Part shown: positions 1 through 8,732 of the stretch, piece by piece
Position numbering within the stretch: position 1 is the stretch's first letter
Layout of the letters: each line of letters begins with the position of its first letter
Virus record (IMG/VR): IMGVR_UViG_3300046466_000192
Coordinates: 1-55,164 of that record
Reading direction: 5' to 3' (one strand)
DNA length: 55,164 nucleotides
Source: a virus
Taxonomy: Duplodnaviria > Caudoviricetes
Program-made: the position numbers and the translations under genes
The notes under the pieces: model-generated
Seen by the model: the letters and a program-made list of their open reading frames with translations, nothing else
Databases searched by the model: none
What the model was told of the DNA's origin: nothing

Positions 1-2
1 AT

Positions 3-1346
3 ACTAGTGGCGTAACACAAACAGGTGAAAACTATATAGATGGCTGCACTTTTAGTTCTTATAATTTATCTAGTAACGATAATAGAGACGGTGATGATTA
101 TCCAGCTATATGTATAAGGCATCCATATGGTATGGTAACTAGAAATTTAGTTGTTATTGGAGCTGGAAGAGGCGTGTGGCATTGGAGTAGTCAATACTAC
201 GGTAAATCGCATGGACATATAACAGCGCACTGTGCCTATGCTACTTCACAAATAGAAGCTGGGTATGAAATGCCTAACGAATATTCTTATGGTCAATATT
301 ATAGCTCTGAAGATTACGGCTTAATGCTTTATAATATAGGTAGACAAAATGACCAGGGTAAAGTAATGCACATGCGTATTGAAAATTGTCGTGGTTATGG
401 TTTTTACTTTGGAGGATCTACAATAAGTCCTAATTATAGAAGATTTTTTGCTAATAGATATAAACAATTATGTAACATTGCTGACAGTAATAACAACGTA
501 ATAGTAGATAACTCTAAAGTATACCCTAATGATTGGGATGCTACAATGAGTATATACGGAGAAGGCACGGGTATAATTTACCCAAACACTTTGCAGAATC
601 ACGGTAGTAGTCATTTAAGTCTAAGAAGAGGTGGTACTGGTTGGAAAGGTACTTATTGTTTTACTGAACAAGGTTTTAAAGAAAACGAAAAAGTAACAGT
701 TTATCATAATATGACTAAGTTTGAAGGAGTTAAAAACCTACGTAACAACCTTTGGGTTCCTTCTTGGAGTAGTAATCCTATTGGTATGGGTATCATTAAA
801 GTTCCAGCAAACTGTACAATTAAGATAAAATCTGTAATATATATACCTACAGACGAGCTTGATGGAACAGGATCTAGTTTATCTAGTAGTCACCCTCCTT
901 ATATTGTAGCGTCTTATGCTAACAATATGCTTTATGGCGCAAATGAATATGATGTTAATGATAATAACCATAGATTTCCTCATGATGAATTAGACTTAGA
1001 TGTTGAGGAAGAAAATGCAGATTTAAAAAACAGTACACAAGCTCAAGGTAAATTATATCAAGGTTTTATAGAATACACCCAACATACTACAGCTGCTGAT
1101 GGCGCTTGGGAAACAAAAATATTAACAGTTCAACCACAATATAGAGCTTATTTTTTAAGGTTTGGTTATTATAATTCAAACCATAGTTTAGTTCACGAGG
1201 GGTTTTACGCTAAAGATATACAGGTTGCAATGTCTGTAGCGCCACCAAATGGATTAGAAATGTGGCCTAATAACTTTGCTAAAGTTACAGTTAGACCATC
1301 AGCAAGTTTTGATTCAGGTAAAAAAAGAATATCAGGAAGAATTTAA
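3..1346 (+). CDS. Tail spike/fibre-associated protein, 5'-truncated (beta-helix-like)
   Basis: Frame is open from base 3 (TSGVTQTGENYIDGCTFSS...) into the 132..1346 ORF, so the gene starts before the window. G/N/Y-rich beta-strand pattern; adjacent to the fibre gene. Confidence 0.6.
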   Translation, partial: TSGVTQTGENYIDGCTFSSYNLSSNDNRDGDDYPAICIRHPYGMVTRNLVVIGAGRGVWHWSSQYYGKSHGHITAHCAYATSQIEAGYEMPNEYSYGQYYSSEDYGLMLYNIGRQNDQGKVMHMRIENCRGYGFYFGGSTISPNYRRFFANRYKQLCNIADSNNNVIVDNSKVYPNDWDATMSIYGEGTGIIYPNTLQNHGSSHLSLRRGGTGWKGTYCFTEQGFKENEKVTVYHNMTKFEGVKNLRNNLWVPSWSSNPIGMGIIKVPANCTIKIKSVIYIPTDELDGTGSSLSSSHPPYIVASYANNMLYGANEYDVNDNNHRFPHDELDLDVEEENADLKNSTQAQGKLYQGFIEYTQHTTAADGAWETKILTVQPQYRAYFLRFGYYNSNHSLVHEGFYAKDIQVAMSVAPPNGLEMWPNNFAKVTVRPSASFDSGKKRISGRI

Positions 1347-1356
1347 ATAATAGAAT

Positions 1357-4300
1357 ATGTCAATACCATTTTTAAGTAACATAATAATAGATGACGCTGG
1401 GCACATACAGTTTAAAACCTCAGCAGGCGCTAATGCTGGTAAAATAGACCAAGATGGTGATAATCTAGTTTTAAGCAATGCTGTTGGTGATATTATTATT
1501 GGTAATGGTAGTGATGATGTTTATATTGGTGATGGAACAAACGCTGTAGATATTAGATTTGAACAGAACATGTCTATATATGCAGATTCTAGTTCAACAA
1601 GAACACTAACTCTAGGTGGAGCTAATACTAATTTAATATTAGATAATCCTACTACCGTTGGTGATTTTGTATTAGCAAGTAAATTAAAATTTACTGGCGC
1701 TACTGGTTATATACTATTTGATTACGAACCAACAGGTGATACAGGTCAATACACAACAGAAGTACCTTTATTAAAAGTTGATCGTAGCGGCGAAGAAACA
1801 ACAATACTTGCAAGAATAAGTGAATATAGAGGTGTTGCTCTAGGTGCTGATGATACTGTTTGGTTAAGAGCTGGTGACACTGGATCTGTTATAAGAGCAA
1901 ACGTAGGATTATCGCATGAACAAGTTTTAATGTCAGCTGAAGGTGGTTTTATTGCTTATGGTTTTCCTAGTAACGATACATCTTGGTCAAATAGAGTAGA
2001 GTTTCAGTTTAGAACAGATAGTGGTACAGCTAGTGATAATGGACTATATATAGGTGATGGTGGTAGAACGCAATTTATTGATTTAAGTAGAAACTTAGTA
2101 AATATTGGGACAATAGACTCTGGAGATATAACTTCAACAGGTATTACAATTTCAAATCAAAATCCATCATTAAACTATACAGACTCATCTGGATCTACTT
2201 ATACAGCTCAATGGAGATTTAAAGATAATGATTTACAGTATGTTTGGGGAGGTGGAATAAAAGCCTACTTTACAACAAGTGGTATTGGTATTGGAGATCA
2301 AGGAAATACTAATGATGCTAGAATAGAAAAAACAGGCTCTTCACCTTACGGTCTTACATTTAAAACAAATAATACATCGGCTTTAAGTTTAGACGCTTCA
2401 CAAAACGCAACTTTTGCAGGTACTATAGGATCAGGTGCAATAACGTCTACAGGTAAAATACAAGGTACGGAATTAGAAGGAACAAGTTTAGACATAAATG
2501 GCGATGCTAATATTGATGGTGTTCTCGATGTAAATACTGGCGCAACAAATACTGTAGCTTTATTTGAAAGCACTGATGATAAAGCTTTTATAAGAATTAA
2601 AGATGACGATACAGATACTTATTTAATTACTAAAGACGGTCATTTTTCTATTGGAGATTCTTCTACTGATTACAATAATTTTAAAATTAATATTACAAAT
2701 GGTAATGTTACTACAAACGGTACAATAACAGCAAACGGAACTACTCTTACAGGTGATCAAGATTTAAGCGGGCTTGCTGCTGCTTCACATACTCATGCAG
2801 CTGGTGATATAACATCAGGTACTTTAGCTGTAGCAAGAGGTGGTACAGGTTTAACAGCAAATACAACATATATAAACTCAAACGCATTTGCTAACTTTAC
2901 CGCAACAAATGCTGATTACGACACTTTAACAACAAGAGGTCTTTATAGATTTCAAGGAGGCGCAAATGGCCCTGCTTCAACTAGCCACACAACAGGTTTA
3001 ACACTAACAGAAGACAGTGGTAATTACGGTTGGCAGATGGCTTCTTATAGTAGTGCTAATAATACTGAAGGTTTATATTATAGGTATAGAGCTACTAGTT
3101 GGGGTCCATGGCAATCAATACTTACTAAAACAATTGGTGATGGTAGATATGCTAAAATAGCAAGTCCAACATTTACAGGCACACCTGCCGCACCTACAGC
3201 ATCTGCTGGAACAAACACAACTCAATTAGCAACAACTGCTTTTGTTAGTACAGCTGTATCAAATTTAGTTGACTCAGCACCTGGCACATTAAATACATTA
3301 AACGAATTAGCTGCGGCGTTAGGTGATGATGCTAGTTTTAGTACAACTACCGCAACGGCTTTAGCTAATAGAGTTAGAGTAGATACAGCTAGTCAAGGAT
3401 TAACCTCTACTGAAAAATCAAATGCTAGGACAAATATAGGAGCTGGTACTTCAAGTTTTGATGGTGCTTATGGTTCTTTATCTGGAATACCAACTTCATT
3501 TACACCAGCACAACATACGCAGGCTATATCAACTATAACTAATTTACAAACCGAGTTAGATGCTAAAATGCCTAAAACTGGTGGATCATTTACAGGTGAT
3601 GTAACTATTACTCACGCAGATACTCCTAGATTAAGTATTATTGATACTACTAATGATGTAGATTTCAGAATTAGAGCAGCTAACTCATATGTTTATATAG
3701 AAGCTGATACTGATAATGACGCTGCTTCTACTAGATTTAACTTTAAAGTAGATGGTGGTTTAGTTCATGAGATTTTACCAACTAGCCAAATATCTCATGG
3801 TAATTTTACTATAAGAAAAGATGATGCAACAGCTAAAGCGGTTCTTGATCTTTCAACAAGAAAAGATATTACTGGTAGCGGTAACTTTGGTACTGGTGAC
3901 GATGTTGGTGTAATAAATTTTAAAGCAAGAGATAGTGTTGTTACAAGTGACTTAACAGTTGGTAGTCTTTTAGTAGAAGCAGATAATACATTTGCGGCTA
4001 ACGATAAGAAAACAAGAATGAAAATGCAGGTATACACTGGATCTGCTTTAGAAAATGTTTTGTTTTTAGATTCTGACAAAAGTGCTACTTTTTATGGAAA
4101 TATAATTACTAGTGGTACAGTTGATGGCGTAGATGTAGCAACTTTAAAATCTGATTTTGATGGATTAGGTACTGCTGCTAATTTTGCTTCTAGTGCTTTT
4201 GCAACATCAACACAAGGTACTAAGGCGGATAACGCTCTACCAAAAGCAGGAGGTACTATGACTGGTGATTTAACTTTAGACGATGGCTCAGGTGAATCAC

Positions 4301-7300
4301 CACACATTATATTTCAAGATGATGATGATGTCAAGTTTAGAGTATACAATGCAGACAACAATGATTTTATTATCACAAGAGAAAACAATAGTGGGGCTGA
4401 CTTTGTAATACGCGCTAACTCAACAGCATATACAAGCAGTTACTTAACAATTGGTGGTGCTACTGTTAGTCCAACAGCTATAGGCAACTGGAACACTGCT
4501 TACTCCCATTCTCAAGCAGCACATGCACCATCTAATGCAGAACAAAACGTACAGTCTGATTGGAATGCTACTAGTGGTGACGCGTTTATATTAAATAAAC
4601 CTACAATACCAACAGCTAGTTCTCTTGGCGCTGTCACAAAAACAGGCACGCAAACTATATCAGGCGCTAAAACATTTACAAGTAATAATAATCATTATAA
4701 AGGACATCTTTATTACGATGCTTATGACTCAGGTGGTAACCATTATCCACACTTTTTAGATGGTACTGGTAACACTGGGGCAACTATTAATTGGAGACAG
4801 TATTACGGTTCTACTTATAAAACACACACATGGACGTCAGATAGCTCTGGTAACATGGCGTTTACTTTTCAAGGACAAATCAAAGCTAATGGTGAATTAG
4901 AAGGAACAAGTTTAGATATAAACGGTAATGCAGATGTATCTGGTACTTTAAACATTCACGATGAAATACTAACAACCGCTGCTGGTTCTTTACTTGAGAT
5001 GTATAAAAGTGCCTGGACCAACGCAACTAACCACGATGTACTATATTCTAGCTGGAATACATACGCTGGAGACTATTTATATTTAAAAGCACCTGGCAAT
5101 AGCACCAATGATCACGGTATAGCTCTTATTGGAGACGACGTTATCGCTTTTGGTAGGTCTGATGTTGAAACTGGAAGTCCAGAACTAACATCAGCAGCAG
5201 CTCCACTTAGTGAAAACTGGTTTGTATTAAATAGCTCAAGCGCAACTTTTTCGGGTGATGTAACTGCTAATGGTACTCTTCTCACGGGCGCGCCGACTGG
5301 TGATCAAGTAACTACGGCTTTAGGTTTCACACCTATGAACTCTGTTACAACTACAATATCTTCTGGCCAAGCACAGAAACTAGGTTATATATCAGTATCG
5401 CAAGCTGTAGACTTAGACGATATGGAGACAAAAGCTGCTAATGGTAATACAGCTCATGGTTGGGGTAACCACGCTACAGCTGGTTATTTAACACCATCCT
5501 CTACTCAATCAAAATATTTACGAAGTGATCAAAGTGATACTACTACTGGTAGTTTAACTATTAATGGTGACTTAACTGTTCAAGGTATTAACTACGGTTT
5601 ATATCACGCTGATAACATATCTAGTACTGAAAGTGGTAGTTCTAATAATTACTATCACGATCACTACGGCGGTGTTAGACACTTGTCTACGTTTATAAAA
5701 AACGCCAAATCAGATATTATTAGATATAGAGCTATAGACAACGTTGAATACTGGAATGGTAGTTCTTGGCAAGACGGATCATCTCAATTAGCAAACGTAA
5801 AAAAATTATTAGATGGTAGACAAGATACTAGATGGGATATAACTTCAACTTATTATAAATTTAGGTTTACTGTTACGCCATCCACAGGTTGGCCAACAGA
5901 AACTAAAATAGGTACACAAACAAGCTGGTCAGGCTCTACATATCCTGGTCATAGATTAATGGTTGAAGAGTATAGTAGCGGTTCGTGGAGTACTAGAGTA
6001 ATAGCTAAGTTTGGAGGTAGTAACACAACAATAGAGACAACTGATAACAACTGTGATAACTGGGGAATGAATTTTTATTCAACAAATAGGTTACACACTG
6101 GTAATGGTGCTGCGTCACAAGCTACAAGAATAACAGTTGATTTTTACGGCTGGACGCCTAGTAACTCTAGTTATTTAACAATACCTTTACAGAATATATT
6201 TATAACATCTAACTACTCGGGCACAGAGAATACTGATTATACAAACTTATTAGATTATGATAGAAATGTAAGTATTGCTGGTAATATTGTCATGGCTTCT
6301 GGTAAAACAGTCGATGGCGTAGATATATCTGCCTTACCAACTACTTTTGCACCAACAAATGCTGACGCAACACCATCGTGGGTGCCTAGTTCTGACCCTA
6401 GTTACACTCCAAACGCTTTGCCACTAGCTGGTGGTACTATGACTGGTGACACTTCACACGGAGACAATGTAAAAAGTCATTATGGAACAGGCAGTGATTT
6501 GAGCATATATCACAAAAGTGGTGAATCATTTATTGGTGGTGGTGGGCCTGATGACTTATTTCTTTCGCAAACTAAAGGCTATATTTATATTGGAACAGCA
6601 GACAAGACAACATCTACTTTATATATTGATTCTCAAGCTAAAAAAGTAGGATTTAGAACGCAAACCCCTGGTTCCGCGTTTGATGTTAATGGAACAATGC
6701 GCGTAAGAAACCAATTAAATGTTGGGCACACTTCGGAGCAAAATCTATACGTTCACGGTGATGGTACTGCAGGTGGTCGATACGTAAAAATGGGTGACTA
6801 CGGTAAGGGTAATTATTTCTCAATGTCCAGTACTGAAAATCAACCTAAATATTGTACAGCTTTTGGAAGTGGAGGTAAGTTAGTTGAAGACACGCGTATT
6901 GTAACTATTAAGTTATCAGGTGATGCGTTTAAATTATTAAGTACTACAGGAACAACTTTAATACCAGCGCCAGGAGCTAATAGCTTTATAATACCTTACG
7001 AGTGTATAATACATAATACTGGTGGTACATCTGGTAACTGGAATAGTACCGCACAAACAACAGCGGCTATAGGTTTCTGTGACACTACCAATTGTACTTA
7101 TCCTGGTCAATTTAATAGACTATTTGTTATAAATAACACTTTACTAAACACCAACGCTGCTTGGTATTATGCGGCCGGTATAGGAACAACTGGTAAAGTT
7201 ATGGCACTCAACAAGCCTTTATTGTTAAAAGCTTCTCAAAACCTTACAACAGTACCAACAGGAAATTGGTATATACAAATTAGATACCAAGTAATGAATA

Positions 7301-7350
7301 AAGATTCAGGACTTATACAAAACGTAGATATTACTAAAACCACTAATTAA
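1357..7350 (+). CDS. Long mosaic tail fibre protein
   Basis: 1997 aa, G/T/S-rich, with typical fibre motifs ASPTFTGTPAAPTA..TTQLATTAFV, APGTLNTLNELAAALGDD, ALPxAGGTMTGD (x2), QSDWNATSGDAFILNKP and TVDGVD (x2). Confidence 0.85.
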   Translation: MSIPFLSNIIIDDAGHIQFKTSAGANAGKIDQDGDNLVLSNAVGDIIIGNGSDDVYIGDGTNAVDIRFEQNMSIYADSSSTRTLTLGGANTNLILDNPTTVGDFVLASKLKFTGATGYILFDYEPTGDTGQYTTEVPLLKVDRSGEETTILARISEYRGVALGADDTVWLRAGDTGSVIRANVGLSHEQVLMSAEGGFIAYGFPSNDTSWSNRVEFQFRTDSGTASDNGLYIGDGGRTQFIDLSRNLVNIGTIDSGDITSTGITISNQNPSLNYTDSSGSTYTAQWRFKDNDLQYVWGGGIKAYFTTSGIGIGDQGNTNDARIEKTGSSPYGLTFKTNNTSALSLDASQNATFAGTIGSGAITSTGKIQGTELEGTSLDINGDANIDGVLDVNTGATNTVALFESTDDKAFIRIKDDDTDTYLITKDGHFSIGDSSTDYNNFKINITNGNVTTNGTITANGTTLTGDQDLSGLAAASHTHAAGDITSGTLAVARGGTGLTANTTYINSNAFANFTATNADYDTLTTRGLYRFQGGANGPASTSHTTGLTLTEDSGNYGWQMASYSSANNTEGLYYRYRATSWGPWQSILTKTIGDGRYAKIASPTFTGTPAAPTASAGTNTTQLATTAFVSTAVSNLVDSAPGTLNTLNELAAALGDDASFSTTTATALANRVRVDTASQGLTSTEKSNARTNIGAGTSSFDGAYGSLSGIPTSFTPAQHTQAISTITNLQTELDAKMPKTGGSFTGDVTITHADTPRLSIIDTTNDVDFRIRAANSYVYIEADTDNDAASTRFNFKVDGGLVHEILPTSQISHGNFTIRKDDATAKAVLDLSTRKDITGSGNFGTGDDVGVINFKARDSVVTSDLTVGSLLVEADNTFAANDKKTRMKMQVYTGSALENVLFLDSDKSATFYGNIITSGTVDGVDVATLKSDFDGLGTAANFASSAFATSTQGTKADNALPKAGGTMTGDLTLDDGSGESPHIIFQDDDDVKFRVYNADNNDFIITRENNSGADFVIRANSTAYTSSYLTIGGATVSPTAIGNWNTAYSHSQAAHAPSNAEQNVQSDWNATSGDAFILNKPTIPTASSLGAVTKTGTQTISGAKTFTSNNNHYKGHLYYDAYDSGGNHYPHFLDGTGNTGATINWRQYYGSTYKTHTWTSDSSGNMAFTFQGQIKANGELEGTSLDINGNADVSGTLNIHDEILTTAAGSLLEMYKSAWTNATNHDVLYSSWNTYAGDYLYLKAPGNSTNDHGIALIGDDVIAFGRSDVETGSPELTSAAAPLSENWFVLNSSSATFSGDVTANGTLLTGAPTGDQVTTALGFTPMNSVTTTISSGQAQKLGYISVSQAVDLDDMETKAANGNTAHGWGNHATAGYLTPSSTQSKYLRSDQSDTTTGSLTINGDLTVQGINYGLYHADNISSTESGSSNNYYHDHYGGVRHLSTFIKNAKSDIIRYRAIDNVEYWNGSSWQDGSSQLANVKKLLDGRQDTRWDITSTYYKFRFTVTPSTGWPTETKIGTQTSWSGSTYPGHRLMVEEYSSGSWSTRVIAKFGGSNTTIETTDNNCDNWGMNFYSTNRLHTGNGAASQATRITVDFYGWTPSNSSYLTIPLQNIFITSNYSGTENTDYTNLLDYDRNVSIAGNIVMASGKTVDGVDISALPTTFAPTNADATPSWVPSSDPSYTPNALPLAGGTMTGDTSHGDNVKSHYGTGSDLSIYHKSGESFIGGGGPDDLFLSQTKGYIYIGTADKTTSTLYIDSQAKKVGFRTQTPGSAFDVNGTMRVRNQLNVGHTSEQNLYVHGDGTAGGRYVKMGDYGKGNYFSMSSTENQPKYCTAFGSGGKLVEDTRIVTIKLSGDAFKLLSTTGTTLIPAPGANSFIIPYECIIHNTGGTSGNWNSTAQTTAAIGFCDTTNCTYPGQFNRLFVINNTLLNTNAAWYYAAGIGTTGKVMALNKPLLLKASQNLTTVPTGNWYIQIRYQVMNKDSGLIQNVDITKTTN
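2470..2492 (+). repeat. 23-nt direct repeat within fibre gene (second copy 4894-4916)
   Basis: GAATTAGAAGGAACAAGTTTAGA is identical at both sites and encodes ELEGTSLD. Confidence 0.85.
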
Positions 7351-7385
7351 CATATGACAATAGCTTTTTAATTAAAGCACTATAT

Positions 7386-7395
7386 ATGTAATAAT
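7386..7395 (+). promoter_or_regulatory. Putative middle/late promoter element ATGTAATAAT
   Basis: Intergenic. Related ATGTRATWAT motifs at 25689-25698 (+) and 47893-47902 (-), and a variant at about 16112-16120 (+). Confidence 0.4.
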
Positions 7396-7438
7396 TATAC
7401 TATGCAATAATGCATAAATAACAATTAAATTAAATAAA

Positions 7439-7714
7439 ATGGCAAAAAACGAAAAAATAGTAGATTTAGCGCCTTCAATTAAAGAAGAAGAACTGAAAGA
7501 GCTTCAAGATGTAATTAACAAAATACAACAAGCTCAATCTCAATTAGGTCAAATGGAAACTCAGAAGTTTGGTTTATTAACAATGACTCAAGAGTTACAA
7601 ATGAGCCTTAGACAAATTCAAGGGAATCTAGAAAAAGAATACGGTAATGTATCTATTAATATTAAAGACGGTACTATAAGCGAGATAAAAGATGAAGCTG
7701 ATAAGAAAGATTAG
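7439..7714 (+). CDS. Small coiled-coil protein (chaperone/prefoldin-like)
   Basis: 91 aa Q/E/L heptad pattern ending in a short beta segment; A-rich translation start. Confidence 0.6.
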   Translation: MAKNEKIVDLAPSIKEEELKELQDVINKIQQAQSQLGQMETQKFGLLTMTQELQMSLRQIQGNLEKEYGNVSINIKDGTISEIKDEADKKD

Positions 7715-7910
7715 TATCGGTAAAGATTATAAAAATGAAGCTATGCACTACTCCGTAGGTCAAGAGGTCTACGGAGGGCATACTATTTGTCATATAACAG
7801 AAGAAGACGATAAGTTCAGTATATTTATTAAAAAAAATGACGAGGTTTTACCTTGGAAAGACTTTAATAAAAACATGGCTGTAGCTGTTGAGTATAACTT
7901 AGAGTATTAA
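7692..7910 (+). CDS. Hypothetical protein
   Basis: 72-aa ORF coupled to both neighbours (TAATG junction with next gene). Confidence 0.7.
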   Translation: MKLIRKISIGKDYKNEAMHYSVGQEVYGGHTICHITEEDDKFSIFIKKNDEVLPWKDFNKNMAVAVEYNLEY

Positions 7911-8503
7911 TGAAAAGTATTTTTGACTTTGTTATAGAACCTATTGGATCTAGATATAACAACACTAAAGAGATTGAAGGTAAAAAACTTATACTAAATA
8001 CTCAAATATTTACACATCAAAGCGTTAATAGGCTTGCAAAAGTTAAAAGTGTACCAATAACAGGTGACACTAATATTAAGGTAGGTGATCAAGTTATTGT
8101 TCACCATAACGTTTTTAGAAGGTTTCATGACATAAGAGGTGTTGAAAAAAATAGCAGAAGTTATATAGATGATAAAAATTATCTATGTTCTTTTGATCAA
8201 ATATTTTTATATAAAAACGAAGACGATTGGAAAGCACCTAAAGGCTATTCATTTGTAAAACCTATTGAATCTAATGATATTTTTAATCTTAACAACGAAA
8301 AACCTTATGTAGGAATATTAAAGTTCCTAGATGAAACAATAGATAGTGTTTTTGAAAAAGGTGATTTAGTTGGATTTACGCCTAGTAGCGAATATGAATT
8401 TGTTATAGATGGTGAAAGACTTTATAGAATTAGATCTCAAGCATTAACTATAAAGTATGAATATCAAGGAAACGAAAAAGAATATAATCCAAGCTGGACA
8501 TAA
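7910..8503 (+). CDS. Tandem GroES-like co-chaperonin
   Basis: Two GroES-like halves: FVIEP...IKVGDQVIV and FVKP...FEKGDLVGF...EFVIDGERLYRIR. Confidence 0.65.
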   Translation: MKSIFDFVIEPIGSRYNNTKEIEGKKLILNTQIFTHQSVNRLAKVKSVPITGDTNIKVGDQVIVHHNVFRRFHDIRGVEKNSRSYIDDKNYLCSFDQIFLYKNEDDWKAPKGYSFVKPIESNDIFNLNNEKPYVGILKFLDETIDSVFEKGDLVGFTPSSEYEFVIDGERLYRIRSQALTIKYEYQGNEKEYNPSWT

Positions 8504-8732
8504 GGCTGTTGAAGAGCTAATTAAAGTAGCTAAAGAAGCTATTGTTGATTCAGATGATGATATATCAGCTGATAGACTTAAAAATGCTGCTGCTACTAAA
8601 AAACTAGCTATATTTGATGCTTTTGAAATATTAAACAGAATACAGGAAGAAGAGGATATGTTGAATGAAAAACCTAAAAAAGTAGAAGAAAAGAAGGCTT
8701 TTGGTGGTTTTGCAGAAAGAAGATCTAAATAA
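8457..8732 (+). CDS. Putative terminase small subunit
   Basis: 91-aa helical protein immediately upstream of and coupled (TAATG) to terL; positional inference. Confidence 0.5.
   Translation: MNIKETKKNIIQAGHKAVEELIKVAKEAIVDSDDDISADRLKNAAATKKLAIFDAFEILNRIQEEEDMLNEKPKKVEEKKAFGGFAERRSK

Noticed and set aside
1-7350. Diversity-generating retroelement or invertase acting on fibres
   Set aside because: No reverse transcriptase, recombinase or adenine-specific TR/VR pair seen in the window.
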